Assembly (NCBI GenBank): GCA_965220395.1
Contig: CBDCPT010000004.1
Span: 404,777-468,776 of the forward strand
DNA length: 64,000 nt
Direction of reading: 5' to 3'
Origin: Arenicellales bacterium
GTDB taxonomy: Bacteria; Pseudomonadota; Gammaproteobacteria; Arenicellales; JAJDZL01
Shown here: in pieces, positions 60,172 through 64,000 of the stretch
Numbering within the stretch: the stretch's first letter is position 1
How the letters are laid out: every line of letters begins with the position of its first letter
Program-made: the position numbers and the translations under genes
The notes under the pieces: model-generated
What the model was told of the DNA's origin: nothing
Databases searched by the model: none
Seen by the model: only the letters and a program-made list of their open reading frames with translations

Positions 60172-61116
60172 TTGAAATTATGTGTTGCCGGTCAAGGTGC
60201 TTTTGGACAGAAGCATCTTCAGGGGCTGGCGCGGATCGATGGGGTGGAAGTAGTATCTTTGGCCGGTGGGTCGCCCGCTACGACGAAGGCTGTGGCCAAA
60301 AAGTTCGGTATTCCTCACTGGAGCACGGATTTGGCGGAGAGTCTGGAGCAGCCTGGTGTTGAGGCCGCAATCCTGACCACGCCGACACAGATTCATGCCG
60401 AGCAGGCGGAAAAGTGCATGCGGGCTGGCAAGCACGTTGAGGTCGAGATTCCGATGGCCGATGGGCTCGCCGACTCCGAGCGCCTGGTTCGGGTACAGGA
60501 AGAGACCGGGCTAGTCGCGATGGTCGGACACACCCGACGCTTCAATCCCAGCCACCAGTGGATACATCGGAGAATTCAGTCGGGAGAATTGACGATCCAG
60601 CAGATGGATGTGCGGACCTATTTTTTTCGACGTGCCAATATCAACGCGGCGGGCCAGCCTAGAAGCTGGACCGACCATCTGCTCTGGCATCACGCCTGCC
60701 ACACCGTGGATCTCTTCCAGTATCAAACGGGGGAAGTGGCCTCGGAAGCGTATGCCCTGCAAGGCCCCATGCATCGAGAATTGGGGATTGCTATGGACAT
60801 GAGCATCGGCCTGAAAGTGCCCTCGGGGGCGATCTGCACGCTTTCTCTGTCTTTCAACAACGATGGACCTCTAGGTACTTTCTTCCGTTACATTTGCGAC
60901 AACGGAACGTTTATCGCCCGGTATGATGATCTGTTCGATGGGAAGGAGAATCCCATCGACGTCTCGAACGTCGACGTTTCCACAGACGGTATTGAGCTCC
61001 AGGACCGAGAGTTCCTGGCGGCAATCAGAGAGGGTCGCGAGCCAAACGCGAGCTTCGCACAGTGTTTACACACTATGCAGACATTGGATCGTTTGGAGCA
61101 GAGTCTCAAGAGTTGA
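60172..61116 (+). CDS. ligC: 4-carboxy-2-hydroxymuconate-6-semialdehyde dehydrogenase (Gfo/Idh/MocA)
   Basis: GQGAFG, VEIPMAD, GHTRRFNPSHQW, WTDHLLWHHACH, SLSFNNDGPLG. Confidence 0.92.
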   Translation: MKLCVAGQGAFGQKHLQGLARIDGVEVVSLAGGSPATTKAVAKKFGIPHWSTDLAESLEQPGVEAAILTTPTQIHAEQAEKCMRAGKHVEVEIPMADGLADSERLVRVQEETGLVAMVGHTRRFNPSHQWIHRRIQSGELTIQQMDVRTYFFRRANINAAGQPRSWTDHLLWHHACHTVDLFQYQTGEVASEAYALQGPMHRELGIAMDMSIGLKVPSGAICTLSLSFNNDGPLGTFFRYICDNGTFIARYDDLFDGKENPIDVSNVDVSTDGIELQDREFLAAIREGREPNASFAQCLHTMQTLDRLEQSLKS

Positions 61117-61133
61117 ATCTGCGTAGTGACATT

Positions 61134-62365
<1,232 letters not shown>

Positions 62366-62399
62366 TTTTTGACGCGGGCGAACACGATACCCGTGTTAC

Positions 62400-62657
62400 G
62401 GTATTGATCGAGGTGTAGTCGATATTTCACTGACCCGAGCGGCGGGTTCGCGCCCACATCCGCATCTGCGTTTCAACTCTGGCGCTGCTTCGTATTCTGC
62501 GCTGGCGCTATGAACACCAGCATGGCGGTGAAAGCTTGAGTGAAGAAAGAATCCGGGCTGAGTTGTGAAAAGTGGATGCAACCATCGTGCACAACGGAAA
62601 CAATGGCAGACGCTGCTTGATTCCGTACCGCACATCACTGAACAGAGATACATCTAC
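62400..62657 (+). pseudogene. Second IS1634-like transposase remnant
   Basis: IFH*PERRVRAHIRIC..LLRILR..LSEERIRAEL*. Confidence 0.55.
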
Positions 62658-62800
62658 ATTCCTAAAGCTAGGTTAGCTAGTGGAAGGGAGCTGCAAAAAA
62701 GCAACATGATGAATTTCGAAAATTCGACGCATCACTTTTAATCACACCCCGTGGAGAGAATTGAGTAATTCAGGTAAAACGCTCCTGAATGCTACATAAT
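62658..62800 (+). repeat. ~145-bp direct repeat, copy 2
   Basis: Near-identical to 50820-50967. Confidence 0.9.
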
Positions 62801-62884
62801 GCTCGAATATCGGGCTTCTTTGTGGAATCGATATTTTACGTTTGCTGTTTCGTGTAGACCCTACGCGAGTTTGCGAGCAAAAAA

Positions 62885-63321
62885 ATTCTCTCATTGGAAG
62901 CTCACTTGGGAGGATGGCTGGGATTGGGCACCGTTTGACTGTAAACACACTTCGTATACCAAGCTGGAAACCAAGCGGTCGGCAACAAAACATCCATGGC
63001 ACCAGGAGGGCACCTTGCGAAAAACCAATCTGCGCGCTTCGACATTGCTCCCCTTAAAGGCTACTATGAGAAGGACGGAAGCACATGGATCGATCCCGGC
63101 CGCCAGCACGCGGACATTTACGTCTTTGCTTGACACGAGCACCGGGACGGACATACTGACCACCGCGACGCCGGGCAGTGGAGTTTCTTTGTCGTGGCGG
63201 AAAGGGATATTCCGCCAATCAGAAGAGCATCGGATTGTCGAAACTCAAGCAAATCGCCGCTCGGTGCGGCATGGCTGACCTTCGGCAAGCGATTGAAAAA
63301 GTAATCGCCGATTGCGCGTAA
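62885..63321 (+). pseudogene. Degraded hypothetical gene, possibly nuclease-like
   Basis: WDWAPFD..KLETKRSA..PW, frameshift to RFDIAP..ADIYVFA*H..DHRDAGQWSFFVV, then QKSIGLSKL. Confidence 0.45.
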
Positions 63322-63322
63322 G

Positions 63323-64000
63323 ATGACGACATCAGAAAAAGTTGCCCTGGTTACTGGAAGCGGTCAACGAATCGGTGCGGCAATCGTTCAGGGCTTGCAT
63401 TCTCGAGGGATGAAAGTTGCCATTCACTATCGAAACTCAAAAAGTGAAGCACTATCGCTTCAGCAGAAACTGAACAAAATACGACCCAACTCCGCCACTG
63501 TTTTTCAGGCGGATTTGTTAGACAAAAAATCGGTCTTCCAACTAGGTGAGAGAGTTGTCAATGAGCTTGGCCGACTTGATGCACTAGTCAACAACGCTTC
63601 ATTGTTTCGTAGCGAAACTAGCAAATTATCATCAATTGAGAACTTTGAAGAGCTTGCGGGAATCCACATTCTAGCTCCGTATACTCTTACGTTGTCTGTA
63701 TTGCCGGAGTTAAGAAAATCCAAAGGCTGTGTTGTAAACGTCACTGACATATATGCACAGCGACCGAAAAAACATCTCGCACTTTACAGCGCAACGAAAG
63801 CCGCCTTGGAATCTTTGACAAAATCAATGGCACTAGAATTTGCGCCAGACGTAAGGGTTAATGCGGTTGCGCCCGGAGCCATTCTATGGCCGAAAGAAGA
63901 GCCTGCCGAAAAAGAAATTCTTGGCAGAACACCGCTCAAACGTCTGGGAAACATTGATGATGTTGCCAAAGCCATCGAATATCTTGTGTTCGACGCTACG
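63323..64000 (+). CDS. Pteridine reductase (FolM/PTR1-like SDR), partial, runs off the window end
   Basis: MTTSEKVALVTGSGQRIG..IHYRNS, LVNNAS, YSATK, VRVNAVAPG; no stop within the window. Confidence 0.88.
   Translation, partial: MTTSEKVALVTGSGQRIGAAIVQGLHSRGMKVAIHYRNSKSEALSLQQKLNKIRPNSATVFQADLLDKKSVFQLGERVVNELGRLDALVNNASLFRSETSKLSSIENFEELAGIHILAPYTLTLSVLPELRKSKGCVVNVTDIYAQRPKKHLALYSATKAALESLTKSMALEFAPDVRVNAVAPGAILWPKEEPAEKEILGRTPLKRLGNIDDVAKAIEYLVFDAT

Overview
Chromosomal window from a probable proteobacterium (gamma-like gene order; inference). It has four parts. (1) 1-2.6 kb: a truncated IS1380 transposase next to a complete IS110/IS1111-type element. The element's 3' non-coding region folds into a bridge/seek-RNA-like structure, and two of its loop segments match the element's own reconstructed insertion site (8 nt and 10 nt). 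This is the strongest signal in the window. (2) 3-12 kb: a LysR regulator, a taurine/sulfonate-type ABC importer, a divergent xanthine-dehydrogenase-family molybdenum hydroxylase (M/S/L subunits) and a PuuE-like deacetylase, probably for an unknown N-heterocycle. (3) 13.6-43.7 kb: housekeeping backbone (nit, yhdP, maf, rsfS, nadD, proA, holA, lptE, leuS, mrcB, cfa-like, trpCDG, hutG, pyrE, cca, uppP, midA-like) with an inserted HTH-IrrE/ImmA + DUF4411 (PIN-like) pair. (4) 43.9-63.3 kb: an accessory island between the midA-like methyltransferase and a pteridine reductase. It holds an unclassified large DDE IS (5-bp TSD), an IS4 with a DUF4338/DruA-like N-terminal domain (9-bp TSD), two identical 266-bp MITEs, a tyrosine-recombinase + IS91 element, several IS remnants, an NCS2 permease fused to an HATPase-like domain, and quiC + ligCAB. 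No rRNA, tRNA or CRISPR array was seen. All family assignments come from motif recognition by eye, not database searches.
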